NCBI GenBank assembly: GCA_018985225.1
Contig: JADGIF010000446.1
Coordinates: forward strand, 1 to 8,440
From: Amoeboradix gromovi X-113
Lineage: Eukaryota > Fungi > Sanchytriomycota
Direction: 5' to 3'
Length of the DNA: 8,440 nt
The notes beneath the pieces were generated by a model that worked only from the letters and a program-made list of their open reading frames with translations, made no database searches and was not told where the DNA came from. Of this stretch, positions 7,696 through 8,440 are shown piece after piece. Numbering within the stretch: the stretch's first letter is position 1; every line of letters begins with the position of its first letter. Made by a program: the position numbers and the translations under genes.

Positions 7696-8440
7696 ATGAT
7701 TTCAAATACAATTCAATCAGAGTTGAAAGAAGAGGATTGCCCCTTACAAAACATGAAAAGAAAGCGCAATTCCGCTGATGAAGAGAGCAGACCACCCTCA
7801 AAACGAGAGGCACGATCCAAGTGCAATTACACCTATCAAACCATTACATTAACATTAAAAGCATCGCTAAAATTAAACAATTCCAAAAAAGTTATTAATA
7901 CTATCAACACAATAGTTCCATCCATTTCATCTGCAATAAAGGCGACCAACCTATTTCTAAACTGGTACGCCAATACAAATGGCAAATTATACAATTTTCC
8001 TCCAAAGCATCCAGAAAACCATCTGGTATTTATCTTAAGAACATTTATTGGCCATTCCTATAAAACAATGCAATCAACATTAGATAAATATGATCACTTG
8101 TTTGACAATTTAAATCGATTCACTCAACTGTATCCCAACTTCATTACACCTTGCCAATATACAAATATACATCAAAACATATTACAATTGGCGGGAAAAA
8201 CTATGATTACAAACATCGATCTTAACCACCTCAAGTATTTTAATGATTCCTATCTCAAAAATCAAATATTTAGAGCTATTAAAAGCTACATACTGGCTAA
8301 TCATCTGGACTCAAAACAAACTACCAAAGAGATATTAAAACAACACTTTACGAAAGATATCAAAGATAAAGCAACCAGTATAATAAACAACAAATTAGCC
8401 CAATACGATACTGACAAGCTAACTATTGATGACAAATATG
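7696..8440 (+). CDS. Putative Fanzor1 RNA-guided endonuclease, N-terminal part (runs off the window)
   Basis: 248 uninterrupted codons from ATG 7696 (alternative ATG 7753), with no stop before the edge. Has a basic NLS-like MKRKR...PPSKR, then TLTLKASLK...INTINTIVPSI...TNLFLNWY and QNILQLAGKTMITNIDLNHLKYF, which resemble the Fanzor1 WED/REC region as I recall it. The RuvC domain is outside the window, so the call is unconfirmed. Confidence 0.62.
   Translation, partial: MISNTIQSELKEEDCPLQNMKRKRNSADEESRPPSKREARSKCNYTYQTITLTLKASLKLNNSKKVINTINTIVPSISSAIKATNLFLNWYANTNGKLYNFPPKHPENHLVFILRTFIGHSYKTMQSTLDKYDHLFDNLNRFTQLYPNFITPCQYTNIHQNILQLAGKTMITNIDLNHLKYFNDSYLKNQIFRAIKSYILANHLDSKQTTKEILKQHFTKDIKDKATSIINNKLAQYDTDKLTIDDKY

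Noticed and set aside
1-8440. CRISPR array or Cas12f locus, tRNA/rRNA genes, transposase
   Set aside because: No regularly spaced direct repeats, cloverleaf or rRNA-like sequence, and no DDE, Y1 or serine recombinase motifs were seen. The flanking genes are eukaryotic.

Overview
AT-rich, very gene-dense eukaryotic (fungal-like) window. Host genes: the 3' end of an unknown gene (<1-146, +), an epsin (ENTH-UIM-NPF, -), Cdc73/parafibromin (+), a WD40-repeat protein (-) and a degenerate MoxR/ChlI-type AAA+ protein (Mtc2-like, -). The notable content is a cluster of eukaryotic TnpB-family (Fanzor) sequences. (i) A 5'-truncated Fanzor2-type relic lies at 7080-7506 (-). (ii) A second, more decayed copy absent from the ORF track lies at 1986-2270 (-). 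The two copies stay colinear for about 130 nt past the last RuvC motif, fold into hairpins and stop matching at the same ...CTTTTAA, which defines a candidate omegaRNA scaffold and element end. (iii) An open ORF absent from the track (7696->8440, +) resembles a Fanzor1 N-terminus and sits head-to-head with the first relic. The epsin C-terminus appears to need splicing of a possible 19-nt GT-AG intron. All family calls are by eye; no searches were run.
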